Sequence record: PZ026127.1
Source of the DNA: a phage
Reading direction: 5' to 3' (one strand)
Length of the DNA: 64,000 nt
The translations under genes and the position numbers were made by a program. This document shows positions 45,991-55,275 of this stretch, piece after piece (the first letter of the stretch is position 1; each line of letters begins with the position of its first letter). The notes under the pieces are model-generated. The model did not search any database. It saw only the letters and a program-made list of their open reading frames with translations, and was not told the origin of the DNA.

Positions 45991-46206
45991 ATGGAAATTA
46001 TTGGTTTTATTCTTGCTTATCTTGTGATAGGATTTATTACTGCTTTGATTGCGCATAAAACAGGCGCGTGGAACCCGGTTAAAATTGAATCAAGCTATGA
46101 TGCGGTATTCATTACATTTGTATGGCCAGTATTTTGCTTTGCCTGGTTATGTATGCTAATTCTGTGGCCTATCGCTAAACTCTATGAAAAATTATTTGGA
46201 CTCTGA
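45991..46206 (+). CDS. small membrane protein
   Basis: 71 aa, two hydrophobic helices. Confidence 0.5.
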   Translation: MEIIGFILAYLVIGFITALIAHKTGAWNPVKIESSYDAVFITFVWPVFCFAWLCMLILWPIAKLYEKLFGL

Positions 46207-46207
46207 T

Positions 46208-47077
46208 ATGAACATTAAAACACGTAAAGAATATTCCATCTATGACCATGACACGACTCGTCGTATCGCTATCGATCGGCTGGCCGACTTCGGTCATATT
46301 TGTAATGGTAATTATACTTATGGTGTAGGTCGTAAAGGGACTTATATTAGTTCTTTGAACGATTATTGCCGTTGCCCTGCTCATTTATTTGGTGCAACAC
46401 TGCGAGCTAATATCAAAGACCTCTTGGCTACTGCAGGACGTATTTCTACGGTTCCTGTCAATATCAAGAATATTAATTTTACGGCTCGTAACCTAGTCAT
46501 TAATATTCTGCCTGACGGTATTCAAGTTCGTTTCCGTCCTACCTCAAAAGGTAATAAGGCCCTTCGTGAAGCATTCGAAACCTTATTCAGAGAGGCAATG
46601 ACCCGTATTAAGGCAGTAGAATCATATAAAGTTACAACCGATGAATATGCTGATTGTTTTGAGCGGGCTGATGCAGTGTATTTTAATGTTAAACTAACTC
46701 GTGAATATCTTTTGTCTTATGCCCCTTATCAATCCCAACAAAAGGAACCACAAATGGAACGTCGTATCTCTACCGCATCATATGGGCCCGTAGGCCAGTA
46801 TGCAGCCTATGACAGATTCAAAACCACGGCTGTACCGAGTCCATTCAATTCTGAACCGTATCATTGGAAAATTAAACCCGAGAATTCTTTGGTGGTTACT
46901 AACCCTACGATGAAACCTATCGAGAAGTATCATGAGGACCACCTCCAGGAATCAATCCACCGTTTAAACGGCCAGATCGAAGATGAGAAAAAGAGTATCC
47001 AAGACGTATTGATTCGCATCAAGAACATGGAACTCCAGCGTGACAAGCTCCGCGCGGCAGTATTAGCTCTAAAATAA
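46208..47077 (+). CDS. hypothetical protein with C-terminal coiled coil
   Basis: 289 aa from ATG 46208 (ORF-track start 46184 overlaps upstream gene). Confidence 0.55.
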   Translation: MNIKTRKEYSIYDHDTTRRIAIDRLADFGHICNGNYTYGVGRKGTYISSLNDYCRCPAHLFGATLRANIKDLLATAGRISTVPVNIKNINFTARNLVINILPDGIQVRFRPTSKGNKALREAFETLFREAMTRIKAVESYKVTTDEYADCFERADAVYFNVKLTREYLLSYAPYQSQQKEPQMERRISTASYGPVGQYAAYDRFKTTAVPSPFNSEPYHWKIKPENSLVVTNPTMKPIEKYHEDHLQESIHRLNGQIEDEKKSIQDVLIRIKNMELQRDKLRAAVLALK

Positions 47078-47078
47078 T

Positions 47079-47108
47079 GTTTACATCCAAGGATGGATGG
47101 AGTATAAT
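47079..47108 (+). promoter_or_regulatory. sigma70-type early promoter (TTTACA-17-TATAAT)
   Basis: GTTTACA 47079, 17-bp spacer, TATAAT 47103. Confidence 0.7.
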
Positions 47109-47134
47109 CTTTTAAATCTACTGAGGAGAATATC

Positions 47135-48145
47135 ATGACTCGTACTGAATACATCAATGCCTTTACTACGTATATCACTACCAACACCCCTCCGTTAACC
47201 CCATACGAGGTAATAGTTTCTAATATCAATAAATGGGTCGACCAAATTGATGATGCATTATCGCGCTGTTTCAAAGCTGAAATCGAAAAGATTGCAGGCC
47301 GTTTGTGCATTCATGATATCATTAAAACATTTAAAGGTTCTCGACTGCTTTCGCGCCTGGTCAATAAGGACATCCTTTCTGAGTTCGGTAAAGAGAAATA
47401 TCCAGGTTCCAACCGTGTTGTTAGCTACAAATGGTTTGGTGATACCATAAAAGGTTATATCAAAATTAAAGGTATGGACCCTAATAGTTTATTTCCGCAA
47501 CGTTGGGTTAGCGAATTCAAGGCTAACTCTGCATTAATTCTCAAAGCGGCCTCTAAAACTATAGTTTCCGGTGATTGTCGTACTATTCACCCGATGGCTA
47601 ATTGCATGATTAAAACAAATAGTTATAAAGGAAAAGCTATTATTTCTGTTATTTGGTCACCTAATAGGAAACCTAAAGATGATGTGGAAGTTGTAAAGTA
47701 TCAAGATATTGCTTACGATACCTTGAATACTATCGAACAAGCTTTAGCTCTGATGGATACCGTAGAGAAATATGAGACCCAAGAAGTTAAACACCACTTA
47801 GGCTGGAAAGGATATGAAGTCTTAGTAACAGTCCGTGAAATCAAATGTACCGTTCCAAAAACTGATGCTGAAATTTACCAAGAAAAATGTGAGGAAATTG
47901 TGAACACTGATAAAGAGCCTGCTACATTAGAAGATTTGATTAACGACTTGAACAGCCCTATCATGGCCCCTACACCAATTACTAAATCCAAGTTACCGGA
48001 AATCGTGGCCTTAGAAAAAGCGTATAAAGATGCCCTTGCTATTAACAAAAAACTGACTGGGCAATATACCGCTGCCAAGAAACTTTGGGAAGAGTCTACC
48101 AATCGTTTAGACCGTCTTGAACAAGCTCTGGAGCTGTTGAAATGA
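47135..48145 (+). CDS. hypothetical protein with C-terminal coiled coil
   Basis: 336 aa; RBS GAGGAGAATATCATG. Confidence 0.6.
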   Translation: MTRTEYINAFTTYITTNTPPLTPYEVIVSNINKWVDQIDDALSRCFKAEIEKIAGRLCIHDIIKTFKGSRLLSRLVNKDILSEFGKEKYPGSNRVVSYKWFGDTIKGYIKIKGMDPNSLFPQRWVSEFKANSALILKAASKTIVSGDCRTIHPMANCMIKTNSYKGKAIISVIWSPNRKPKDDVEVVKYQDIAYDTLNTIEQALALMDTVEKYETQEVKHHLGWKGYEVLVTVREIKCTVPKTDAEIYQEKCEEIVNTDKEPATLEDLINDLNSPIMAPTPITKSKLPEIVALEKAYKDALAINKKLTGQYTAAKKLWEESTNRLDRLEQALELLK

Positions 48146-48363
48146 AATACCAATTAGCTGAAGATATTGACCAAACTATTCCTGATTGGAATGCCATTAT
48201 TAAAATTGTCGCACGACGAGAACAAGCTTCTAAGAACGTTCCGAACTGTCCGGAATGTGGAACTGAACAGGTTCAATTGGTCCATTGGCAGACTAGTAAT
48301 CTTCGTTACAAATGCCGCCATTGTAAACATAAATTTGAGCGAGAAGAAAATGGCAAAGCGTAA
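48142..48363 (+). CDS. small zinc-ribbon protein
   Basis: 73 aa; CPECG ... CRHCKH Cys pairs. Confidence 0.5.
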   Translation: MKYQLAEDIDQTIPDWNAIIKIVARREQASKNVPNCPECGTEQVQLVHWQTSNLRYKCRHCKHKFEREENGKA

Positions 48364-48586
48364 AGAATATGTAGAGGCTGCCGATAAGGCAGTCCGCGAA
48401 CTTACTCTAGCTTATTATAAAGAGCACGGTAAATTTCCGGACAGTTATTCAGTATTGAAATCTGCTTTAACTCGCTCGTATAATAATATACTATCTGATG
48501 TGTATAATTTAAAATATGAGCACATGGAAAAATACGGAACAGAACTCGACCGTTCTGAAGCATTCAAACAAATATTAGGAATTTAA
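48350..48586 (+). CDS. hypothetical protein
   Basis: 78 aa from ATG 48350 (ORF-track start 48167 overlaps upstream genes). Confidence 0.45.
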   Translation: MAKRKEYVEAADKAVRELTLAYYKEHGKFPDSYSVLKSALTRSYNNILSDVYNLKYEHMEKYGTELDRSEAFKQILGI

Positions 48587-48587
48587 A

Positions 48588-48851
48588 ATGTTTAAAGTTT
48601 ATGGTTATGATTCAAATATTCACCGTTGTGTTTTCTGTGATAATGCCAAACGACTGCTTGATGTTAAGAAACAACCTTACGAATTCATTAACGTGATGCC
48701 GGAAAAAGGTGTATTTGATGATGAGAAGATTGCTCAACTCCTGGCTGCGCTTGGTCGCGAATCTCAAATCGGTTTGACCATGCCGCAAGTATTTGCCCCT
48801 GATGGAAGTCATATTGGTGGCTTTGACCAACTGCGAGCGTATTTCAAATGA
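48588..48851 (+). CDS. nrdC: thioredoxin/glutaredoxin NrdC
   Basis: 87 aa; MFKVYGYDSNIH.CV.CDNAKRLL.VKKQP.EFIN.MPEKGVFDDEKIA.LL..LGR..QIGLTMPQVFAPDGSHIGGFDQLR.YFK matches recalled T4 NrdC. Confidence 0.95.
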   Translation: MFKVYGYDSNIHRCVFCDNAKRLLDVKKQPYEFINVMPEKGVFDDEKIAQLLAALGRESQIGLTMPQVFAPDGSHIGGFDQLRAYFK

Positions 48852-49009
48852 TTGAATTAATGTTGGTTGTTTTGTATCTTATCATCGGTATTGGTTATGC
48901 TAAGACCCTAGCTAAATTAGATGATTCAGGTGACTTTTGTTCATGGCTGACGTCTATGATTTGTTGGCCTTTATTTCTGGTTGGTGCTTCATTCTGGAAC
49001 TTCAAATGA
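48848..49009 (+). CDS. small membrane protein
   Basis: 53 aa ORF (below ORF-track cutoff), ATGA overlap with nrdC stop; hydrophobic. Confidence 0.4.
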   Translation: MIELMLVVLYLIIGIGYAKTLAKLDDSGDFCSWLTSMICWPLFLVGASFWNFK

Positions 49010-49194
49010 CTGAATTTGATACAGCTTATGGAACCTGCGCAAGAGAGTTTACAAGTGAGTTTGATACTCCTGCGCCTAGTAAAGAAACCGTATTGGCAAA
49101 TCTCCCGGATTGGTTAAAAGAAGAAGCCAACGAATGGGGCTGGACTGATACTTGTGTACGTGACCAGCTATTTGAATTTATGGTGGAATTATGA
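49006..49194 (+). CDS. small acidic protein
   Basis: 62 aa from ATG 49006 (ORF-track start 48937 overlaps upstream ORF). Confidence 0.45.
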   Translation: MTEFDTAYGTCAREFTSEFDTPAPSKETVLANLPDWLKEEANEWGWTDTCVRDQLFEFMVEL

Positions 49195-49499
49195 TTGAAT
49201 TAAACGAACAAACCATTTTTCTAGGTGATGGTACCGAAGATGACCTGGAATATAAACTATACGAATATATGGTTTGGTTGGCTAAAGCAGAAGGTATAGA
49301 CTTTGCTGTAGCCCATCCATATGGCGAGAACACTGTTGTAATCGGCGGCACCGCTTACGAAGTCCAATGGCAATACGTTGGGCTTGAATCCGAAGAATTT
49401 GAAGAAGATGAACACGGCGATTGGCATCCGGTTGGTCCTTGGTACTGGGACAACGGTGAACCTGATTTTGAAGTAAGTTGTTATTGGTGTGACCGATAA
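49191..49499 (+). CDS. small very acidic protein
   Basis: 102 aa; E/D-rich with C-terminal CYWCDR. Confidence 0.55.
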   Translation: MIELNEQTIFLGDGTEDDLEYKLYEYMVWLAKAEGIDFAVAHPYGENTVVIGGTAYEVQWQYVGLESEEFEEDEHGDWHPVGPWYWDNGEPDFEVSCYWCDR

Positions 49500-49512
49500 G
49501 CCATGGTATGTC

Positions 49513-49575
49513 GCTCGGTGGAAAACTACCGAGCCAGAGGAACCTGTTTACAACGATTCCGAAATAGAGTATAAT
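49513..49575 (+). promoter_or_regulatory. stem-loop plus early promoter (PeSL-like)
   Basis: hairpin GCTCGGT/ACCGAGC 49513-49534, then GTTTACA 49546, 17 bp, TATAAT 49570. Confidence 0.65.
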
Positions 49576-49615
49576 GAACCTTCAAACAATGATTTAATCG
49601 ATATGGAGTTTGGAT

Positions 49616-49789
49616 ATGAGTACCAAAATTGAAGTTGGCCGTCATAAAGGCCGTCTGATTGAACATTCGCTTTACGAATTGTCGGATTCGGGTTCTTTAC
49701 CTGACTTAGAATCCGATTTGATTAAAGCTGCAGCCGATTATATTCATTGGCTTGAAGCTCAACTTCGCTTTTCCGATGGGGCCTTCTGA
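49616..49789 (+). CDS. hypothetical protein
   Basis: 57 aa ORF (below ORF-track cutoff) downstream of promoter; stop overlaps next ATG. Confidence 0.45.
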   Translation: MSTKIEVGRHKGRLIEHSLYELSDSGSLPDLESDLIKAAADYIHWLEAQLRFSDGAF

Positions 49790-50091
49790 TGAATTTATTT
49801 GAATTTGAAGGTAAAACTGTTCGTATTACTGAAGAAGATGTCGACCACTATGTTGACTGGCCTGAATTAAACGGCAATCGCGGCTTTGAATCAGGCGAGC
49901 TTTGTGAAGGCGCCGAAGTTAAAATCCTTAAGGTGGAGATTTCTCCCTGGGGCGACCCTGAAATCATCGGCGTAACTGCTATCGAATTTAATGGTAAGGT
50001 ATACGAATACACTAAAGAAATGTTTGAAGATACTAAAGCTTCATTCTGGTGTTTTTGGACTAACGATGATAATGAATTTGAGGTCGCATGA
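49789..50091 (+). CDS. small acidic protein
   Basis: 100 aa ORF. Confidence 0.55.
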   Translation: MNLFEFEGKTVRITEEDVDHYVDWPELNGNRGFESGELCEGAEVKILKVEISPWGDPEIIGVTAIEFNGKVYEYTKEMFEDTKASFWCFWTNDDNEFEVA

Positions 50092-50264
50092 AAACTGTAT
50101 TAGTCTATACCGAAAAATTAAATGGCGGTAAGGTCTGGAAACTTCTTATTAAAGGAAGTCCTACTGACCAGTTTATGGCCACTTGTGTAGGGTTATACAC
50201 CCGTCCTACTAAAAAGATGATTCGACAATTTAAACGTTTGCATCGTTCGTTCTATAAGGACTAA
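50088..50264 (+). CDS. small basic protein
   Basis: 58 aa ORF (below ORF-track cutoff), ATGA overlap with upstream stop. Confidence 0.4.
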   Translation: MKTVLVYTEKLNGGKVWKLLIKGSPTDQFMATCVGLYTRPTKKMIRQFKRLHRSFYKD

Positions 50265-50266
50265 TT

Positions 50267-50410
50267 ATGGACGCCTTATTAGATATGAGAATAGGTCCTG
50301 ATGGTAATCCTTTTGTTATGGTGTTTTGGATTGCTGTTTCTCTATTAGGTTCTTTAGCTTTAGCCTGGATTGTTGCCAAGCTAGAAGGTTATCCTGGAAA
50401 GAAATCTTAA
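50267..50410 (+). CDS. small membrane protein
   Basis: 47 aa hydrophobic ORF. Confidence 0.35.
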   Translation: MDALLDMRIGPDGNPFVMVFWIAVSLLGSLALAWIVAKLEGYPGKKS

Positions 50411-50440
50411 TAAATACCCTTATCTAATAATGGTAAGGGT
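50409..50440 (+). promoter_or_regulatory. late-promoter-like AATAAATA within hairpin upstream of gene 49
   Basis: AATAAATA 50409-50416; inverted repeat ACCCTTA (50416-50422) / TAAGGGT (50434-50440) covers the weak SD; layout like T4 gene 49. Confidence 0.55.
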
Positions 50441-50445
50441 TTATT

Positions 50446-50919
50446 ATGTTGCTGACTGGCAAGCTTTATAAAGAACAAAAAGAACAGATGTACAAAGAAC
50501 AACAGGGCTTGTGTTTAGTATGTAAACAGCATCTAAATACAGATGTTCAAAGTAACCACTTAGACCACTCTCATGATTTAGAAGGGTCACAAGCCGGACG
50601 AGTTCGTGGGTTGCTCTGTAATCTTTGTAATGCCTGGGAAGGGCGCAGCAGACACCAATTTGTACGCTCTGGTCTTAAAGGTCGTGGAAACGACTACCTC
50701 GAGTGTCTTAAAAATCTGGTTGCGTACCTCGAGAATGATTGCTCAAAGAATCCTATTCACCCTACCTTTGTAACTGACAAAACCAAAGAGTTCAGCAGGT
50801 TGGGTAAGGATGAAATGATTGCTGAAATGCTTTCGCATGGAATGACTTATAATGAATCTGATACTAAGAAACAAATGGTCGATTCGTTTAAAAAACAACT
50901 GAGGAAATCGCTTAAATGA
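50446..50919 (+). CDS. 49: endonuclease VII (Holliday junction resolvase)
   Basis: 157 aa; MLLTGKLYKE...C..C...LN.DVQ.NHLDH.H.L.G..AG.VRGLLCNLCNA.EG...H.F.RSGLKG.G.DYLE...NL..YL matches T4 gp49. Confidence 0.9.
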   Translation: MLLTGKLYKEQKEQMYKEQQGLCLVCKQHLNTDVQSNHLDHSHDLEGSQAGRVRGLLCNLCNAWEGRSRHQFVRSGLKGRGNDYLECLKNLVAYLENDCSKNPIHPTFVTDKTKEFSRLGKDEMIAEMLSHGMTYNESDTKKQMVDSFKKQLRKSLK

Positions 50920-51029
50920 TTAATTTTTATGCCTTAACCGAATCTATGAATGATATTATCCGGCGCATGGGTGTTGAGTATCCTGCTCAATGGTTATTTG
51001 TTGTAACTAATACATGGACTATCGTATGA
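50916..51029 (+). CDS. small hypothetical protein
   Basis: 37 aa ORF, ATGA overlap with gene 49 stop and with next gene. Confidence 0.3.
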   Translation: MINFYALTESMNDIIRRMGVEYPAQWLFVVTNTWTIV

Positions 51030-51241
51030 ACAAATTTCGTAATGCTGTTTCTGATATCCTGGCCAATATTACATTTGTCTTGTTTATCGTGTGCCTTTTA
51101 ATCCTGGTCGTCCCATTTGGATTGCTGTTTATGATTATTGGTGCCCTGAGTACTGAAAAAGGTCTTGAAGGGTCCGAGTTCGACAAACGAATCCAGGCTG
51201 TTCATAGTGTTATTGCAAAAATGATGAAGGTGAAAGAATGA
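51026..51241 (+). CDS. small membrane protein
   Basis: 71 aa from ATG 51026; one long hydrophobic helix. Confidence 0.5.
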   Translation: MNKFRNAVSDILANITFVLFIVCLLILVVPFGLLFMIIGALSTEKGLEGSEFDKRIQAVHSVIAKMMKVKE

Positions 51242-51534
51242 AACGTTTTGAAGAATATGTAGCTTTGAATTGGACCGCTTGGGACAAGTTTGGTGATGAT
51301 TGGTACTTCCATGACTGTGACCTGAACCCTGAATTCTTTAAAGGTAAGGAAGACGACCTCAAGGACATCTATGCTCTGTCAGAGATTCATGGTATTAAAC
51401 CTACTGTCTATTTCTCTTTTGATGATACCGGGTTCCTTATCCAGATTTACGTCCCATACGGAACTAATGAAGACGAAGTTCTAAAAACTTGGGACTACCA
51501 AGGAGTTATTTCCTGTGGACCAAAAGTTAACTAA
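51238..51534 (+). CDS. hypothetical acidic protein
   Basis: 98 aa ORF. Confidence 0.55.
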   Translation: MKRFEEYVALNWTAWDKFGDDWYFHDCDLNPEFFKGKEDDLKDIYALSEIHGIKPTVYFSFDDTGFLIQIYVPYGTNEDEVLKTWDYQGVISCGPKVN

Positions 51535-51832
51535 AATTGAGATTTACGGTATCCCTGAGACAGTCATGCGCTGTCCAGGGTGCATTGCTGTTCTATCGCT
51601 CCTAAATTCCCTTTCTATCCCACATACTTTCTATCCTGTGATTAATCAGACGCCGTCAGGCGCAGTATATGACAAGCCTCTTATAGTATCATTGGCCAAA
51701 CGTGCAGGCTTCAAGAGCTTAGCGATACGCTATCCTGCCATATTTGTCGATAATAAGAAAATAGAAAATATTCCTGCCTTCAAATCGCTTTTGATTGAAC
51801 TTGGTTATGACCGAGATTTAATTGAAGATTAG
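51515..51832 (+). CDS. redoxin-fold protein with CPGC motif
   Basis: 105 aa; probable GTG start after AGGAG; beta-strand KIEIYG followed by CPGC. Confidence 0.45.
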   Translation: MDQKLTKIEIYGIPETVMRCPGCIAVLSLLNSLSIPHTFYPVINQTPSGAVYDKPLIVSLAKRAGFKSLAIRYPAIFVDNKKIENIPAFKSLLIELGYDRDLIED

Positions 51833-51833
51833 T

Positions 51834-51885
51834 GTTTACTTCCTCTCCTCACGTGTTATAGTCTATCCTATCAACACATGAGGAG
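51834..51885 (+). promoter_or_regulatory. early promoter cassette with SD-complementary spacer
   Basis: GTTTAC 51834, -10 TATAGT 51857; CTCCTCACGTGTT (51845-51857) complementary (12/13) to AACACATGAGGAG (51873-51885) containing the SD. Confidence 0.65.
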
Positions 51886-51891
51886 AACATT

Positions 51892-52074
51892 ATGACTATC
51901 CAAGATAAAGAAATTAAAGCCGACCAGTATTATTTGGTAAATGGGCGTGCGGTTCGTGTAATTGCTGCTAGCGATTCAGACGTATGGTACCGTGTACTAG
52001 ACCATAGAAATATTCCATTGATGGTATGTGACCGTAGTTTGTTTTGTTCGATAGCTAAGGAAATTAAATTATGA
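51892..52074 (+). CDS. hypothetical protein
   Basis: 60 aa; RBS GAGGAGAACATTATG. Confidence 0.5.
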   Translation: MTIQDKEIKADQYYLVNGRAVRVIAASDSDVWYRVLDHRNIPLMVCDRSLFCSIAKEIKL

Positions 52075-52325
52075 GCCTGAAATTACACTCAATGAAAAAT
52101 ATCATTACCCTTAATCTGGATGATGAGCGCCTGATTTTTCTCACCGTCACTGATAAGAATATTGAAATCGCCAACGGCCCGAAAACTTATTGCTGTCCTG
52201 TTAAGAATTGGAAACGCGTAACATTTCTTACTCTGACCGAACGCCTGAAAGATATTAAGTTGGATTTGGATGTCAAAGATGTCCAATACATTAAAAATCT
52301 TATTGGATACAAACTGCTGAGGTAA
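52071..52325 (+). CDS. hypothetical protein
   Basis: 84 aa ORF. Confidence 0.5.
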   Translation: MSLKLHSMKNIITLNLDDERLIFLTVTDKNIEIANGPKTYCCPVKNWKRVTFLTLTERLKDIKLDLDVKDVQYIKNLIGYKLLR

Positions 52326-52327
52326 CT

Positions 52328-52621
52328 ATGGGTAAAACTATTCGTCGTAAAGAATTGTCTGTAAAAGATTTTTATTATTCCGGACGTCGTAAAGCACCGG
52401 ACGGCGTAAGTCAGGAACTGGTTGAAGAAAATATCTTCCGTTCCGACAAGTGGAAACGTATGCGCGGTGTTGATTCTGAAGTTAAGAACGAAATGAACCG
52501 CCAGCTTCGTAAAGAAGTGAGAAAGCTGAAAAAAGATGTTTACAATGACGATGAACCTGATTACAATACTTCTCATCGAGTTGCAAAACGTAAATCAAAC
52601 GAATGTTATCGTTATAGCTGA
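52328..52621 (+). CDS. hypothetical basic protein
   Basis: 97 aa ORF, K/R-rich. Confidence 0.5.
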   Translation: MGKTIRRKELSVKDFYYSGRRKAPDGVSQELVEENIFRSDKWKRMRGVDSEVKNEMNRQLRKEVRKLKKDVYNDDEPDYNTSHRVAKRKSNECYRYS

Positions 52622-52628
52622 GGAAAAT

Positions 52629-52760
52629 ATGAATATCAAACGAATGCTTTTTAAGCAAGGACTATACACTTTAAATGTTAGTCCAAAGGGCGATACAACC
52701 ACGTGGTCAGTAAATGACTGGATTAAATTCATTGATAAACACGGAAACTGGAAAATTTAA
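52629..52760 (+). CDS. small hypothetical protein
   Basis: 43 aa from ATG 52629 after GAGGAAAAT. Confidence 0.35.
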   Translation: MNIKRMLFKQGLYTLNVSPKGDTTTWSVNDWIKFIDKHGNWKI

Positions 52761-52961
52761 ATGAATCCTGAATCTAAATTATCACAGCGAATTGCTGAAG
52801 CTCGTCGTCAGTTCTTTGAAAATATGATAGCCCAAGGTATTGATGACGAAGTTTTTCTGAACTGGTTTTGGAACCACAAATATTCAAGTTGTTCAGGCGC
52901 TTTATTAATTTCAGCTGCATCTATGTACGAAGGCTGGAAAGGTGCAATGAGTCAAAAATAG
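52761..52961 (+). CDS. hypothetical protein
   Basis: 66 aa ORF. Confidence 0.45.
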   Translation: MNPESKLSQRIAEARRQFFENMIAQGIDDEVFLNWFWNHKYSSCSGALLISAASMYEGWKGAMSQK

Positions 52962-52990
52962 TTTACAAACTCTTGGGACCAGAGTATAAT
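52961..52990 (+). promoter_or_regulatory. sigma70-type early promoter (TTTACA-17-TATAAT)
   Basis: GTTTACA 52961, TATAAT 52985; inverted repeat GGGACC/GGTCC brackets the -10. Confidence 0.7.
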
Positions 52991-53029
52991 GGTCCTACGG
53001 ATTATAACTTTAAAACTGAGGAAATTATT

Positions 53030-53359
53030 ATGTCACAAGCTATTAAAAACGTACTGAACTCTTTCGCTTTCGATAAAGTAAACGAACTGATGAATACCGG
53101 TTTTGTGACTCCTCAGGTTCTTGACCAATGGGTTGCTGAACTGCTGCCAATCATGCACTCTAAAGACCAGAAAATTGGTAAGAACGGTATTCGTGAAATC
53201 CTGGTTCAATATATCCTTGATGAATTCGATGTCGCTGCCTTTGGTGTTGAATCCAAAGCTTGGTGCCCTGGTGAAATCACGGATAAAACTATCCGTCGTA
53301 TGAAAAACCAACGTAAGAAAAAATTCGTTGACCTGAAAATTGTTAAGGCAGCGAAATGA
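53030..53359 (+). CDS. hypothetical protein
   Basis: 109 aa from ATG 53030 after GAGGAAATTATTATG. Confidence 0.55.
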   Translation: MSQAIKNVLNSFAFDKVNELMNTGFVTPQVLDQWVAELLPIMHSKDQKIGKNGIREILVQYILDEFDVAAFGVESKAWCPGEITDKTIRRMKNQRKKKFVDLKIVKAAK

Positions 53360-53622
53360 TTAAAATAAAACTCTCTAATTACGATAAAAACTTGGAAATG
53401 ATTGCTATGAAAGAAGAACTCTTGAATGATGTCCGCTTTACCGGTTATGCAGTTCAATTTAATGGTGATGGGACTCTCCAGATTGAGGGTGACCACTTTA
53501 TCATCGAATACGAATTTAAACAGTACTGGCTTTATGCGAAGGATGAAGTTGGCGGTGTTGATTACGTCGACGAGTTCGATAACCTAGATGATGCCTTGGA
53601 AGGAGCTCGATTCCTACAATGA
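53356..53622 (+). CDS. hypothetical protein
   Basis: 88 aa ORF. Confidence 0.5.
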   Translation: MIKIKLSNYDKNLEMIAMKEELLNDVRFTGYAVQFNGDGTLQIEGDHFIIEYEFKQYWLYAKDEVGGVDYVDEFDNLDDALEGARFLQ

Positions 53623-53882
53623 AACCCATATCCACCACCCTCGCCTACGAAGGTCTCGGATTTTTCTTAATAGATAACTGTATGGATGTTGAGTTTGTTT
53701 GTGGTGAGACTTCTTTAGTATGGAAGTCTCATATTTCCAAATACAACCATCGCGAATATCCAGGTCTTTTTAAAGAATTTTGTGGATATATGTCTGAACA
53801 TGGATGTACTGATACAATTTCTTATTCCGAGTTCACACAAATCCTTGAAACCGTATTTCAGGCTTATTGCTTACTCCGTTGA
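53619..53882 (+). CDS. hypothetical protein
   Basis: 87 aa ORF. Confidence 0.5.
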   Translation: MKPISTTLAYEGLGFFLIDNCMDVEFVCGETSLVWKSHISKYNHREYPGLFKEFCGYMSEHGCTDTISYSEFTQILETVFQAYCLLR

Positions 53883-53917
53883 TGCTTTAAAAGGGTCTTC
53901 AAATACTATGATATAAT
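53883..53917 (+). promoter_or_regulatory. candidate promoter for gene 55 (MotA-box-like plus TATAAT)
   Basis: TGCTTTA at 53883; -10 candidates TACTAT 53904 / TATAAT 53912; TGATATAATAGACCTATGA resembles the early cassette core. Confidence 0.45.
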
Positions 53918-53948
53918 AGACCTATGATTTGAGTTATCTGAGGTAACA

Positions 53949-54506
53949 ATGACCGAAATTAAACTGACTAAAAATAACTATGTAAATAATAAGGAGCTTC
54001 TGAAAGCTATCACCCAATGGAAAACAGAACTCAGAGAAAATACCGATCCTAATAAAATAGTTCGCCAGAACGACGTTATCGGCTTGGCTATTATGCTCAT
54101 TGCTGAAGGACTAAGTAAACGTTTCAACTTCTCAGGATATACCCAATCTTGGAAGCAAGAAATGATTGCTGATGGAATCGAAGCTTCGATTAAAGGTCTT
54201 CACAACTTCGACGAAACAAAATACGACAACCCACATGCATATATCACTATGGCTTGTTTTAATGCCTTCGTTCAGCGTATCAAAAAAGAACGTAAAGAAA
54301 TGGCAAAGAAATATAGCTACTTCGTCCATAATGTCTATGACAGTAATGATGACGACATGGTAGGTATTGCAGATGAAACCTTTATCCAAGATATCTACGA
54401 CAAAATGACTCAGTATGAAACCTCTTTAACTAAAGCACCAGGGTCTGATAAGAGTGCCGAACCTAAAGTTGGTGAACTGGATTTTTTATATGGAACATCA
54501 GATTAA
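53949..54506 (+). CDS. 55: late-transcription sigma factor gp55
   Basis: 185 aa; ...[82 protein letters not shown]... and C-terminal LDFLY clamp-binding tail match T4 gp55. Confidence 0.95.
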   Translation: MTEIKLTKNNYVNNKELLKAITQWKTELRENTDPNKIVRQNDVIGLAIMLIAEGLSKRFNFSGYTQSWKQEMIADGIEASIKGLHNFDETKYDNPHAYITMACFNAFVQRIKKERKEMAKKYSYFVHNVYDSNDDDMVGIADETFIQDIYDKMTQYETSLTKAPGSDKSAEPKVGELDFLYGTSD

Positions 54507-54720
54507 TATCACTCCACTTTTAGATGGAATGGAAGACTTCGAAGCACTCCCTTATTTTATTAAATTGATATTACGGGATGTTAAAGGTCTTCCTATTGAT
54601 ATTGACCCACTTAACGTCAGGAATATTGAATTCACTTCTCCTGACAATAACGTAGATTACCGTTATCATGTTGAGAACGCTAATTTCTACTTCACTATTG
54701 AATTGACTCCAAAGGATTAA
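54490..54720 (+). CDS. hypothetical protein
   Basis: 76 aa from ATG 54490, overlapping the gp55 end. Confidence 0.45.
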   Translation: MEHQINITPLLDGMEDFEALPYFIKLILRDVKGLPIDIDPLNVRNIEFTSPDNNVDYRYHVENANFYFTIELTPKD

Positions 54721-54721
54721 T

Positions 54722-55033
54722 ATGCAAAGCCATGACATTTCTCAATTGACTGATGAGCAAATTGAAGAAGCCCAGCAACGTTTAGAAGAGCACAATATTA
54801 AAGAAGCTAATTCTCAAGCGGCTAAGATTCTTAAGAAGAATGCTCGTGAAATCCGTCGTTTAAATCTCCATGCCCAAGGCGCTGTACTTGAAAACAACTT
54901 TGAAGCATATAAGTACGCTTTAATTAAATTACGTGGTATTTACCGTCAACCTGTTACTGATGAACTTGTTCAATTGATGTGGGAATCTACCCGCAAACAA
55001 ATTTGGGAAATCGTCAATGGCCCTAGTAAATAA
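54722..55033 (+). CDS. hypothetical protein
   Basis: 103 aa ORF. Confidence 0.5.
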   Translation: MQSHDISQLTDEQIEEAQQRLEEHNIKEANSQAAKILKKNAREIRRLNLHAQGAVLENNFEAYKYALIKLRGIYRQPVTDELVQLMWESTRKQIWEIVNGPSK

Positions 55034-55217
55034 ACCCTTTAAACGGCTTCTTATTGGAGCCGCCTTTAGACTTCGCTCATACGGTAATATCTGTATTAAG
55101 CAGTCCGAAACCGAATATAAAATGGTCGGCCAGTATTCCGATGGAATTTTTCGGATTGAGCCCGTAGCCAAGGTTTGGGTGGATTCACACCAACTTAAGA
55201 AATGGTGGCAACGATGA
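55017..55217 (+). CDS. hypothetical protein
   Basis: 66 aa ORF. Confidence 0.4.
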   Translation: MALVNKPFKRLLIGAAFRLRSYGNICIKQSETEYKMVGQYSDGIFRIEPVAKVWVDSHQLKKWWQR

Positions 55218-55275
55218 TAACATGGACAGGCGGCTAATGAAAGACGAATACGAAAAAGTTTAAGAGGTTGTATGA

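Noticed and set aside
21429-53930. Possibility that the repeated roughly 50-bp cassettes are a CRISPR array
   Set aside because: Copies are 1-8 kb apart, separated by genes, and each matches a promoter consensus; no short regular spacers are present.
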